A stretch of 64,000 nucleotides of DNA from Phoronis australis (lineage: Eukaryota > Animalia > Phoronida), in assembly GCA_002633005.1 (NCBI GenBank), contig NMRA01000315.1, positions 102,452-166,451 of the forward strand, written 5' to 3'. Both the position numbers and the translations under genes were made by a program. Under the pieces are notes generated by a model. It searched no databases. It was not told the origin of the DNA and was given only the letters and a program-made list of their open reading frames with translations. Shown here piece by piece: positions 25,161 through 37,598 of the stretch. The stretch's first letter is position 1; the number at the start of each line of letters is the position of its first letter.

Positions 25161-27422
25161 TGTTCTCGTATTCGATTAATCTTTATTTAGCGTGTGATTA
25201 CTGATAGTGATTACAAAATTCTTTACTGATGTAAACGCAAAATTGCTTGGCAGCGGACATTCAGCGTTCAGAAATAACGTAGATTGTTTGCAAAGATAAT
25301 GCTAAGTATATATGTTGCACCAACAAAGCCGTGACATAAAAATCCGAAAAGTTCCACTCAGTTTTCACCAGCATGCCAGTAAAAACACTCCCAAAGTACA
25401 CATGAAAACGAGGATAGGATTCTTTTAGATTTTTGAAAAAGAAATGATGTTGCGGTCTGAAGAGACGAAATCACAGAAATAGTTTCACATAACACTTCTG
25501 ATCGAACTGTTCTTCATTACACGAGTGCACAAGTTTAAAAACCTCATGTCAAGGGGTTTTTCGGGTTCGAACACCTGAAAGTACCAAAATTAATAATATG
25601 TTACACGGTACTCTATTTTCTCTGTTCTGTTACTAAACTTAATCCCTTTTTGAAAACACTTTCGTACTGCGTCCGAAATCATCTACTATTCTCTTCCAGT
25701 TCCGTGACGTGAAGTTATTTCGTGAAAGTGACTTAAGTTTTAAGACAGAAGGAAGGTCTTACGGCCACACTCCACAACTGCTAAATGAAGGTTTAGCCAA
25801 GTAATTATCAGCAAGTAACAGTATACCAACAATTCATAAAAATATCTCATTAATTAGCCGTTGTGTGTATATTCTCAAAGACTGCACTTTGATGAAGTGT
25901 CAGAATTGATTATTTTCCAACAATAGTTATGTGGAGCGTAAGACCAAATTTTTATCTGAAGACTTCATGAAACAGATCACTGCGCTCCCTATGGATAAGT
26001 TCAGGAACAATTCCTGACCATGTTATCCTTAAAAACGAGCTGGTACTGCTTGAGCGTGTTGTTCCCTCTGATTGCTTTTTGCGTTAACAGCGCCCATCGT
26101 ACATCCACACGTTTGTAAATTTGCTGTTACACGACCTCAGAAGGTGACCTAAACCTACAACCAAGACGAAGTGTAGCTCTCCATTGTTTTATTTGCATCA
26201 TATGTCAAAGGTCATAGCTTCCATATAACGGACATGTGCTACATGTACGCCTATGTCTTACCAAAGCAAATAAGGAGTCGTGCGTTGCCTTGCGGAAGAA
26301 ACGTCACCGAAGTGACGAGCAGTTAACAGATCGTTTTGAAACTAAAAGAAACATACTTTGATATCGACAGAAATTCCGAATCTTTAGAAGCAAACAATAA
26401 AAATATCTGTTGGACACGTTGAATTCTGTTGCAGTAGCAGAGAATTGCTAATTACAAAGCAATTTAGTCTGTTTTTCGCGTTCCAAGCCTTTTTGACATC
26501 AATCTCAACCAGAGACCGTCAGCATCGTTATAGCAGTGTGATCGAGATTTTTCCAAATATCCACGTGATGTTAAGGATAGCGAGCTGCAAAAGCAGACTC
26601 CCAGACATGGTTGAGAAATTTCACTTACATATTCACTATGGAGAAGAAATTTACTTTGTCGAAGTCGTCACGATGTTTTCTCAGAAGAAACCGAGAAGAA
26701 GTAGACGTGGACTGTATTGTGCTTGAGTGAAACCATCCTTTCTCCTATGGCCTGGACTACTGTTAGTCAGTCAAAATCAGAAGACAGGATAATACTTCGA
26801 AACATTTGTTCAATAAGGTACCCCCTTACTTATAACGTCACTTGTAAGACCGTTTATACTCCATGCATTTATTTGTTCCTAATGTTAATGATATGGGGAC
26901 ATGATCCGGATTACATGTACGTCTGACGCTCTCCGTTTGAAAATCGTCTCCTTTCCGTTTAGAAGCTGGCAACGCGCATGAACGAAGCTATAGTCTCAAA
27001 CACCATCATTGTCAATTCAGGCACTATTCGATTGTTAGTCTAATTAGTCGAGTATAGGTCTTTTACAGTGCTATTAGAAAAAGACGTTAACAGCACCAGG
27101 ATCATTGACATTATTAACTGAGTCAAACGAAACTAGTCTCGTCTGAAGCATCGTAGATATTAGTTCTAGATTATGCCACGGACATAAATGCAATAGATAA
27201 TCAATGACGTCTTAAAGGCGGATGACGGGATTTCGGTTTTGACAATGTTTCAAAGCTTTTGGTGTTCTCAACATGCGTTTTTCATTCAAAAACCACTCGG
27301 CACATTGCGTATTTTTGCATTTTAGGGCAACAACGCCAAATTCACACAATTGACTAGATGCACATGGTGAAATAGTGCTTACGGTGCGGAGTGAAGATTG
27401 TTTTCTAAACAGCTTTGATAAA

Positions 27423-27594
27423 ATGAGTTCCTCATGCTATCGCAAGATTAAGAGGGAAGACTTTTTGCATAGTGATACCATTCGCAGAAGGTTAGTGCGA
27501 GAGAGCATACGTACCAACTGTAGAATGAAGCGGTTTACTTCTAGTCTAGAGATGGAGCTGCGGCGCAGTAGGTCGGCTATAGAAAGAGAACAGA
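27423..27594 (+). CDS. Gene A coding exon 1 (328-aa basic protein with N-terminal coiled coil, possibly CCDC190-like)
   Basis: Acceptor ttttctaaacag at 27412 and ATG at 27423. Reads MSSSCYRK..LEMELRRSRSAIEREQ; donor a|gtgagt, phase 1. Confidence 0.65.
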
Positions 27595-29033
27595 GTGAGT
27601 ATATATGATACCACTGCCATAAAACTCCCCATCCGTCAAATGACTTTTGAAAAAATGGAATTAGCATCGTCAAATTACATATACTTTCTCAGCTTTGAAT
27701 TAGCTGACATTTCATTCGTCCGTTGTTTGAATCTGCGTTCCTAAACGCACAGAAAGCACTTGCGAGACTTAGACACACGAAACGGAAATAACGTTTGGAA
27801 ACTAGGGTTTTGAATGATTCAACATTGTTGCCTTGACGACTAACCCATTAGTAGCTTAAACTCCTGAATCAATCTCGTTTTACTTGCATGCGTTTGCGTG
27901 ATCTTGCGTGATCTTTTCATTCAAGAAACTTGCAGTAAGGAACGTTCCCATTAAAGTCTTAACAAATATGGCCGTTCCGGATTACACAGTGATACTTGAA
28001 TCTCGCCGTATTTAACCACAATGTCGTAAACGGCAGCCACCAACACTTGCTACCTCGCTTTTGTGCCATTGGATTTTACATGTTATTTGTTGTTGTCTAA
28101 TTCTTTAGTTTTTCTCTGTTGCGTTTCTCTGTTCGTCCTTCCACTTTTAATGAGGTATTACTGCTGCTTTGTGCTGTGAGCTGCAACTCCGGCGTGAGGA
28201 AATTTGGTAAACTAGACAAACACAATCGCCACCACCTGCATACGTCTTTGTGAGCAGTAAATATTTGGGCTTAAGCCAATGTATTGGGATGCCTTGAATT
28301 TGTTTACTTGGATCGCTGCCCGATTTAATAAATTGCAACTACTGAAGTCAAAAGTTGCCGCCGTACTTGGAAAGAGTAAACTAAAAGGGGTTCCCCAGAC
28401 TTCAACCAATGGGAATGACTGAATGTTATGACGTCGGTTTCATTAATAAATTTAACCATTGAGAAGCCATGTTAAGCAACATTCGACAGTGCTACCATTC
28501 GTAACAATGTGAAAGAGTGTACTGACTCCGAATAACGTGTGCGGCCCAAGTGTCCACAGACCACGAATAGTGTCAAATTAATACACAATATAAGAATTGC
28601 AAGAACCTTAGTAATTTTAGAATGATGTCACCTCGATGGCCACAACTTTCGACACTGCTGGTATTGCCCAGCTGACATATAGTTTTCAAATGCGCAATAA
28701 GAACATTGGTTCGTGTGAGGTCATAAATTGGCTAAAACCACCATTTACATGTACCTTGTTCTCACAAATGACTACTTTGTCAGCATCATTAAATATTCGT
28801 TTAAAGCACCGCATATCTCAATCGTGAATTCAATATGTCGAACACGAGAAAACAGAGTAACTAATTACCATTAAAGGAGAATGCCACCCGATTTGATTAG
28901 TCTTTTTACCGTCTTAATCGGTCTACATCCACATCGCCTCATATACGGACGACCTCACCTTGTCGAGAGGTGTCACGTTAACCTGTGAGGAAGGTGAGAA
29001 GTCAGAGACGTCAGTGGTTCGTCTGCAGAGTGA

Positions 29034-29330
29034 ATGCCGCTATATTGCGGTGCATCGGTTCCCGCTTGTCCGAACTATGAAGCTGCGAAGAAAGCGAGTA
29101 TATCGTTTTTTCGACTTCCTCGAGAGCCCAAAATACTTAGGAAGTGGCTCGCGGTAGTGAAGAATGAAAGGTATGCTGTTAATAGCAAGTATGAGGCTAT
29201 GAAACATGTCAGTGTGTGTGGCCGGCATTTCGTCGACAGTGATTTGTCTGACGAATTCCGGCTTACCAAAGAACTATCCATACGTTCCGTTGCCTATGCA
29301 TGTTCACAGCGCTTCTCTGGTATTTATTGA
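29034..29330 (+). CDS. THAP zinc-finger domain ORF (left arm of the foldback element)
   Basis: MPLYCGASVPACPNY..FFRLPREP..RKWLAVV..VCGRHF matches the C2CH THAP signature, with the conserved P, W and F. Confidence 0.75.
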   Translation: MPLYCGASVPACPNYEAAKKASISFFRLPREPKILRKWLAVVKNERYAVNSKYEAMKHVSVCGRHFVDSDLSDEFRLTKELSIRSVAYACSQRFSGIY

Positions 29331-29961
29331 TCATTGCATTCCGGTTCGAAGTGATAGCCTGTGAAACCTAACGATCCAACCCGTGAAGTCTTCGTCGGAT
29401 GAGCTCTTGACTAAGTCAGGATTGGCGCCGGGCAAGTTGCCATGTAGACGTTTAGCCAAGAAACTGAAAATCTACTTACCAGTTGGGGGCCGCGAAGTAC
29501 CCCTACCACAGACCGTCAGGGCGAAGATTGTACAGCAACAATGATTTGAATAATGTATTTGTATTACTAAATAAAGATTCCCCTAACATGTGACCATAGC
29601 ATATAAAATCGAGTATTTTTTCACAACAGCTTTCTGTCTGCACTGAATTAGCATGCGCTTACATGGCCTCGGTGCCCGGTCAGTTACCTTTTTTGCCGGC
29701 ATCTTAAGCCGGTAACGCAGTGGTTTATTCATTGCTGGCTTCTCAACATTTGCACTCACGAGTACCGCAAAGGCATTGGAAATTGTTTCTAATGAGACAG
29801 ACTTTGTTTCAGTTTTATATAAGCATTGGTTAGGATGAGAATAATTCATTTTAAAACTGAAAGCAGAATAATAAACATCTATATGGCAACTCGCCCGGCG
29901 CCAATCCCGACTTAGTCAAGAGCTCATCCGACGAAGACTTCACGGGTTGGATCGTTAGGTT

Positions 29962-30255
29962 TCACAGGCTATCAGTTTGAAGCGGAATACATTGACCAAG
30001 AAATAGTAGAAGGGCGCCGTGAACATGCACAGCAAACGGGACGTATCGATAGTCTTTGGTAAGCTGGAATTTGTCAGAGAAATCAATGTCGTCGAAATGC
30101 CGGCCACAGACACGGATATGTTTCACGGCCTCATGCAGCGTACCTTTCATTTTCCTCACAACCGCGAGCCACTTCCCATGCATTTCGGGCTCTCGCTTTC
30201 TTCGCAGCTTCATAGTTCGTACAAGAGGGAACGATGCACCGCAATATAGCGGCAT
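29962..30255 (-). pseudogene. THAP domain copy (right arm), damaged by indels
   Basis: MPLYCGAS..REPEMHGKWLAVV..VCGRHFDD. A 1-nt indel and a deletion remove the second Cys and the FFRLP segment. Confidence 0.7.
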
Positions 30256-30728
30256 TCACTCTGCAGACGAACCACTGACGTCGCTGCGTCGTTTCTCACC
30301 TTCCTCACAGGTTAACGCGACACCTCTCGGCAAGGCGAGGTCAACCGTATAAGAGGCGATGTGGATATAGACCGATTAGACAGGTAAAAAGACTAATTAA
30401 ATCGGGTGGCATTCTCCTTTAAGTACAATGGGGGATGGCTGGTGCTGTGATTGGTTGCCTCGATTTTAAGTACAATGTGTCGACCAGTAAGTGCTTGTAA
30501 TTCAAGGTCAGCCAATTACCATATCATTAGATAGTGCTGATCGATAACTGATGGTGTTTTGGTGTTTTTAATTTAAAAGTGGTGATTTTAAACATTTTAA
30601 GCCATAATTTAGGTACTGACCATCACCATTCCACTAGCTTGGAAGGTTGCAATAGTGTATACTGTACATGCAAATCAAATTCATCTGTTTATGTAATGTA
30701 AACACGTTACTCTTTGTCGTCTCTTTAG

Positions 30729-30908
30729 ACTGCATGAGGAGAAAGTTATGTGGTTACCAGGCAAAGGCTTTTCAGAATGACATTGCGCACGCCCCGGATA
30801 TCGTGTCGGCAGCCAACAGGTCAGCATCAAGCAATAGCATCCTGGAACTATCCTCGAAACCATCAACGTCATACTTACAAGGAACGAGACATCCGGTACT
30901 GTACAGGC
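30729..30908 (+). CDS. Gene A coding exon 2
   Basis: tctttgtcgtctctttag| 180 nt, open frame (CMRRKL..HPVLYR) |gtaagt; phase 1 to phase 1. Confidence 0.65.
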
Positions 30909-31098
30909 GTAAGTAATTAACCTATCGCCAGGATTTTGAGTGACGGCTTAAGTGACCAATCAGAACGCAGCATTTTGGACACACATTTGTTTCCTAGCCG
31001 CCATTTTACTCGACAAACAACACGTTCGCGGGCATCTTATTGTTCGTTTGTCGACATTTCGCAAGAGGAGCGGAGCTTGCAATAGGTCAGTTAGGAAA

Positions 31099-31515
31099 GT
31101 GAAGATGTGTGGAAGTCGGGTCAGTTGGTCACATCATTCAGGATGTTCATTGCTCTCCAGAAAATTCCACTCAAAACGTGTTGACGGGGTTATGATTTCT
31201 GGCAAACGGACTTATGACGACATTCAGGGGTATTAGCTCATTTACACTTGCTTAATAAACAACCGTGTTCATTTGTCATCGCTTGATTATTCAGAATACA
31301 TGTTTCTCCCACACACTAAATCTGTGGAGTAAAAATTGCTTTTTGGGCAAATCAAAAAACTGGGAAAACTAAACTTTGATGTGCGCACCTTCCAGAGTCC
31401 ACACGAATGATAACTTTATGGACATTAAATAAAGGTTTTTAAGAATTATTTTACGAAATAATTAGTCATCGTTACCACCAACGTCCATGTAACATCGATT
31501 TGGTAGTGTCATTAA
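31099..31515 (+). repeat. Near-identical duplicate of 32614-33033 (probable second haplotype across the gap)
   Basis: Colinear ~420-bp match with scattered SNPs and one 3-bp indel; both copies end at gtagtgtcattaa. Confidence 0.9.
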
Positions 31516-32102
31516 AGGAGCATGCCACCCAAAAAACAACCTAATTTGTATAGATTTAAATCGAGTAGTTCTACTCCATAACTACATGTACGGTTGCGTT
31601 ACCTGACACCTGACGGCAGACGGAGGTGTTGAAATTATCCAATGATGTCATCGGTGTCACACGCAGTCTGTTCAGCAGTTCTCAACACGGGTTACTGGTG
31701 TCAGCTTATCGCTTGAAGTCATCGTTTAACACCAATAAATCATCAAACTTCGATGTAAAACCCTTAAAAATACACCGAGTTCTTATAAAAACGTGTTGTT
31801 TTATTTCGCTCTTACGGATTTAGTGGTTATAGGACAAACCTTAGCCTACAAATTTCGGCAGGCCAATACGGTCCGTAGCAGGAGTTTGGGGTCTGTTCGG
31901 AGATAAATTCGAAGTATTTTCCGTGAGATACAGACACGAGAACTTTGATCTGTGTTGTTTAGACTTGTGATTTTTTGAGTTCTAAACAAAAAACGCTTGT
32001 TATCCTGGCCAGTGGCTCGGAGCCCGATCAGGCCCGTCGCGGCCGGCCAGTGCCAACTGATCAGACATCACGAACATAAACCAGCCAAAGTTCAGTGGAA
32101 AC
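31516..32102 (+). mobile_element. Kolobok-type element, left end (runs into the gap)
   Basis: TTAA|AGGAGCATGCCACCC matches the terminus of the 28875 element at 14/15 positions. The duplicate copy has a single uninterrupted TTAA at 33030-33033. Confidence 0.75.
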
Positions 32103-32613
32103 NNNNNNNNNNNNNNNNNNNNNNNNNNNNNNNNNNNNNNNNNNNNNNNNNNNNNNNNNNNNNNNNNNNNNNNNNNNNNNNNNNNNNNNNNNNNNNNNNN
32201 NNNNNNNNNNNNNNNNNNNNNNNNNNNNNNNNNNNNNNNNNNNNNNNNNNNNNNNNNNNNNNNNNNNNNNNNNNNNNNNNNNNNNNNNNNNNNNNNNNNN
32301 NNNNNNNNNNNNNNNNNNNNNNNNNNNNNNNNNNNNNNNNNNNNNNNNNNNNNNNNNNNNNNNNNNNNNNNNNNNNNNNNNNNNNNNNNNNNNNNNNNNN
32401 NNNNNNNNNNNNNNNNNNNNNNNNNNNNNNNNNNNNNNNNNNNNNNNNNNNNNNNNNNNNNNNNNNNNNNNNNNNNNNNNNNNNNNNNNNNNNNNNNNNN
32501 NNNNNNNNNNNNNNNNNNNNNNNNNNNNNNNNNNNNNNNNNNNNNNNNNNNNNNNNNNNNNNNNNNNNNNNNNNNNNNNNNNNNNNNNNNNNNNNNNNNN
32601 NNNNNNNNNNNNN
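32103..32613. other. Assembly gap (511 N)
   Basis: Run of n. Confidence 1.
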
Positions 32614-33622
32614 GTGAAGATGTGTGGAAGTCGGGTCAGTTGGTCACATCATTCAGGATGTTCATTGCTCTCCAGAAAATTCCACTCAAAACGTGTTGAC
32701 GGGGTTATGATTTCTGGCAAACGGACTTATGACGATGTTCAGGGGTATTAGCTCATTTACACTTGCTTAATAAGCAACCGTGTTCATTTGTCATGATCGC
32801 TTAATTATTCAGAATATAGGTTTCTCCCACACATTAAATCTGTGGAGTAAAAGTTGCATTTTGGGCTAATCAAAAAACTAGGAAAACTAAACATTAATGT
32901 GCGCACCTTCCAGAGTCCACACGAATGATAACTTTATGGACATTAAATAAAGGTTTTTAAGAATTAGTTTACGAAATATATAGTCATCGTTACCACCAAC
33001 GTTCATGTAACGTCGAGTTGGTAGTGTCATTAATTTTGAGACATCCTGTGCGTTTTGACAACGCTGAGAATCAAACCCAGGTCAGCGGCCTTTTCTTAAC
33101 CGCAACGGTTTCTCAGAATCTGCTGCAGACAGAATCTACACACATTCTGGAATACGTCAAACTAGTGTTTAGCTCTCAAACTGAAATCTAGTGTATGTGT
33201 CATTTCGTGTATCCAGTTAATTGGCCTTTTCAACCGAATCCCAAACTGTGAGCGCCTTAGCGATACAAGTTCGAGGTACTTGAGTATTGCGGATTACTTT
33301 TGACATGCAAACTTTCAGTTATATGGTGATGACAGCAGGCTCCAGCGATTGACTTCGAAATAGCAGAAAAATCAGTTTTAATGTCTAATTTATGTTAAAC
33401 ATTTTCGCATTTGGAACATATTCGATAACCTACAAGGCCCCATCACGCGTCACTATTGAACAACGCACTTGACGTCATGCAAAAACCAAACTTACCTGTA
33501 TCTAGCAGATGTTTGAAGATTTATTCAGCCCAGTCATGCAGCTTATTGAATACCATATTAACTTGTAGTGAAGTTGTGCATACATGATCGTGATTCTATC
33601 CTTGGTTTCTACATTTCTGTAG

Positions 33623-34257
33623 GTACTCGCGTGCTCAATAAAGCCGACAACACCAAGGGAAATTTGAACTTAAGGCTTCCTTCAAAAATTTGCAACAAAC
33701 ATGGCGACCTCCACAAGGATCAACCATTCGCTAAACAAGGAAAAGAGTGGAAATTTTCGGCGTCGTCATTAAATCCTGGAAGACGGACGCAATCGGAAAA
33801 GCCACACAAGATTACGCCTACGGTATCACCAAATTGTGGCTATGATAACTTTGAACATGAAGTCGTACGTCGTCGGTCGGAGGCAGGTACACGCACTTTC
33901 ACGCCACTGGACGCTTTTCGTTCCCAACCAGCATCTCCAAGACGGCCACGTAAGAAAGGGGACGCAAAACTAACGCCGACTCATTCCGAACACGGTGTGC
34001 AAAACTCCCCAGACACTTCCCATATTGACGTGAACTCTTTGGCGGCCATGTTTGCTGGTTGCTGTCCCGGAAGACTAAATCAACTCTATAAACAGAGGGA
34101 TCAGTCTTTTAGCCACGAGTTCATCATTAGAGACCGTCAGTCGACAGCGAGCTTATCAAAATCTGAGCCGGAGTATCAAAACAAAGTTGTTCGATCGAAA
34201 TTGAATAACCACAAATGGACTGCAGTAATCCCATGCAGGGAGCATGGGCATGGATAA
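33623..34257 (+). CDS. Gene A terminal coding exon
   Basis: ttctacatttctgtag| phase 1, in frame with ORF 33568-34257; Ser/Pro/Arg-rich. The joined CDS is 172+180+635=987 nt. Confidence 0.7.
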
Positions 34258-34689
34258 TAGAATATTTAAATGACACGTTTCGCTCCTTGTTTCTCATCAC
34301 GTGATTCTTTAAGCTTACATATTCTTGTATTTGTCTAATTAGACAAATGAGATACATTTCTCATTTTCTAAAAAACTTTGATAAAAAGTCAAATGTACCC
34401 TTAACTATTCTCTGTTATTGGGTAAAAAGCAATGATTCGGTCCTTTGTCGATTAATTGGTAGCAGCAAGAAGATGCTACCAGGAAGGATCAAGTGATAAA
34501 TCAACAATTTTGTCAATTTTCCGAAAGTAATTGCAGAATTACTGCTTCTTTGAGAAAAAACAGTCAATGCATTTAAACAGAGCGATCTTTTATCCACAAA
34601 AATGTAATCAGATTCTTCGTTCTGTAACAAGTCAATGACGTAATTTTAGTTTGAAACTTTTATGGGAAAATGTACATGTAGGTGCCACA

Positions 34690-35372
34690 ACATCCCCGTG
34701 CAAAACCCCTCCCATGAAAACACTACCCCTGCCAAGAAAACATTCTTGCTTCCAAAACAAACCATTCTCTTCACAAGAGAGCACTCCCCCAACCCACGAA
34801 AGTTCTTTTATTTCCACAAATGCCCTCTCTCTTACAAGAACGTAACACCCCCGCACAAGAAAGCAATTCTCCTTCCCAAGAATGTACTCCGCTTTCCCGG
34901 AAAGTACTTCGTCTTCCAGGAAAGCAGCTCTACCTCACAAGAAAGCGGTCACCTGTGCCAAGAAAGCACCCTTTCTTCCAAGAACGCACTCCCCCTTCCA
35001 CGGAAACACCCTCCTCACAAGAAAGCGCTCTTCCTTCCAAAAAACAACCCCCAATAGAATTCTCCCTTCCAAGAAAGCACCTCCTTCCACAAGAAAGCAA
35101 CCACCTCTTTCACTCGTCAGAAAGCAACCATCCTTTCCACTCCCAAAAAAGCACCCTCCCCTTCCAAGAGAGCAACACCCCTCATAAGATATCATTTCCC
35201 CCAAAAAGGCACCCCCTCCCAAGAATGTGCTCTTCCTTACAGGAAAGCAAATCCTGTCATAAGAAAGTAACTACACTTCCAAGAAAGCAGCTTCCGTAAC
35301 AAGAAAGCAACTTTTCCTCCCAAGGTCATTAATCCCCCTTCTCAAAAAGCAACACTTAAAGAAAGCTCCCCC
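34690..35372. repeat. Degenerate minisatellite of ~20-bp units (CAAGAAAGCAC..CCTTC-like)
   Basis: Dozens of caagaaagca/caagaa motifs separated by C/T-rich tracts; strong C/A strand skew. Confidence 0.8.
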
Positions 35373-36700
35373 TGTGTATCTCATAACATTACTTCCCTCC
35401 CTCCACAAACACACAAACACACCTGCCTCACTCAGGTCTCAACATACTCAGCACACAAAACGCGCTCCTACCGCCCGCGTAAAACGTACAAATCACATGC
35501 GTGGAACTTTAAAGACACGGCCATACTGGGTCGCGCGACAGTTTGACTCGAATTATTTCTCTACGATTTAACAGCAGCACTTCAAACGTAGTGGAAATAA
35601 TGCACCCCAAACTAGTTTGCACCAAGCACGTGTTATGAAGTCACAGGCCCGCACTCACTAATTATAAGTCTTGCCCCTAAAATGTTGTATTCGCAATGAC
35701 CAAACACCTGTCTCGCAGACCAGTGGAGACAAGGGTGTCTGTAAATTATCACATCTAGGAACTGACGAATGACTTTAGAAACTGGCAGCAAAGACGGCAA
35801 TTTTTCAATAACAGGATAAGTGCAAAAATGACCATGGACGTGACGTCGTTTCGGGAGCACTAAGTCCACAGTACGAGTGGTTGATTTCGTCAAAATCATC
35901 TGATTTAGCAAAAGTCTTAGTTTAAGGGCACCAAGCAAAAATGAATTAATCGAAAAAAGCAAACACAGTGGAGTTTTTATGGAAAAAAAATCAACGAAGC
36001 AAAAGCTTGATTTCATATGTACAATGAAAAAATCTAGATGCCGGAAATGACCATAAATCTAAAATTTGCCATTGTTCTATCAAAAAACCACAAATTTACG
36101 ACTAGACAGGTCCAAGGGTGGAAACAATAATCTGGAAGGTCTTGACTTCTAGATTACATAAATTTAGTCCAGAATGCACCATTATTAACCACATTCTTGC
36201 AAATTTCCAATTGCCTGAATGGCACGAGTATTTACAGCAGAGACTCCGCCTGAAGAAATACGTGCTTTCAATATTGTGGGACTTGCAGATCACGATGAAA
36301 CAAAGCTGAAACCACAGGGGTGGATATTGTTACTCAAAACAGCTTCAAAGAACTTCTGACAACCATTTGCGGCAACCACTCTTCATTGAATCCACATAAT
36401 TGCCGTCCAATCTGCCCCACTCCGTTTTTAGGTATATACATAGACCGGGAAGCTTGGACATAGATTTATTTTTTCGTAAAACTGTTAACACTGTATTCAC
36501 GTTTCTCCATATTAATCTCAGTTCCTATCGAAATGTCCAAAAACCCGGAATCATTATTCTAATGTACGATACATCTCTCTCGCTTAGCAAAAATTACAAT
36601 AACAACGTGCACGCTAACGTGCGCACACCTAGTCTAAAAATGGAGGGACTCGAATTTTCGAGAATGAGGACGGGATACGTTCAGAGCTATGGATTGTGCA

Positions 36701-37598
36701 TGTCAGACGATTGACTGTGGGCTTATTAAAAGGTAGCTATGCTTTGAGACTGTGCGTAGATGGAGAGTGAATAATTAAATCCATTAATTAATCTATTATA
36801 TGATAACCCCAAATTAAACAAGTGAAACCTGTTGTTAATTAAGTAATCAACTACAAAGAAGAGTAACTACGCTAGCGCCCTCTTTCAAGATTACTTCAAT
36901 CAATCAACCAAAATAATCAAATGTCTTATCTGCTATCCAAGCTAGGACTCTCCACTTGTTGGATGACTGTCCTGTTGGTGGATCTTCGAACTACACACAC
37001 TGTATAGCGACAGTGTACTTGCTGGTCACCGTGTCTGGTGATGCAACAATTGCAGGCAATTTCTTCTACCCGCGATTCTTCTTGCTGGTCACAGTCTCTG
37101 CTGGTGACGCAACACTTCATGTAGTATCTTACTATCCACGATGCAAGTGACAAGCTCTTAGTTAAAATCCTGTTCGTTAACCCTTGCCCTTGCCAAGATC
37201 CTTTCTAGAATCTTCCACGAGATGGCTCTGTCGTACAATTTCCTCTGTACACTGTAGCGAGTTTTTATGCGTCAACTACTATAGCGCATCTGAGTTTCTT
37301 TTTGACTTAAGCCCATATTATAATATTGTACTTATTTAGTGATTTTTTAATAAAAAATCACATGATCATATCCAATCATATCATTGCCTGTTACAGTTTG
37401 TTCTCAGAATTTTGTAGAATCTCTAGAGTACTTTCACCCCAGAAACAAAGTTGTAAACACCATCTAAAAATAGATTTTGACGTTAAAGTACATGTCAACA
37501 AGTTTGACCCCATGATTTAAAAGTACACATGCACACACTTTAGTTTATTTAAAATGGATCTATTCTTAATAATTACTTAATCAATATTTATTCTGACA
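36701..37598. mobile_element. Solo LTR (898 bp) with 5-bp target-site duplication
   Basis: GTGCA|TGTCAGA ... TCTGACA|GTGCA: TG..CA ends, a 7-bp terminal inverted repeat and an exact TSD. Contains an internal ~63-bp tandem duplication (~37018-37144) and aataaa at 37349. Confidence 0.85.

Larger units (their letters stand above)
28875..30418. mobile_element. Kolobok-type foldback DNA element with ~0.55-0.58-kb inverted arms, each containing a THAP ORF
   Basis: TTAA|AGGAGAATGCCACCCGATTT ... AAATCGGGTGGCATTCTCCT|TTAA. Arms 28875-29454 and 29872-30418 are inverted copies around a ~417-bp spacer. No transposase. A TTAA TSD with RR..YY ends is the Kolobok signature. Confidence 0.9.

Noticed and set aside
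31997-32751. 206- and 218-aa ORFs in the track
   Set aside because: Artefacts of translating through the N gap
33034-33049. Tc1/mariner-like TIR end (ttttgagacatcctg)
   Set aside because: No convincing matching left end or TA TSD located
34632-35299. Several overlapping Pro/Lys/Ser-rich ORFs and a CRISPR-like repeat-spacer look
   Set aside because: Products of a stop-poor degenerate minisatellite; units are short and variable, the context is eukaryotic, and there are no cas genes
36926-37153. Cys-rich repeated ORF (CCVTSRDCDQQ/CCITRHGDQQ) suggesting a toxin-like peptide
   Set aside because: It lies inside the solo LTR and results from a ~63-bp tandem duplication; no signal peptide
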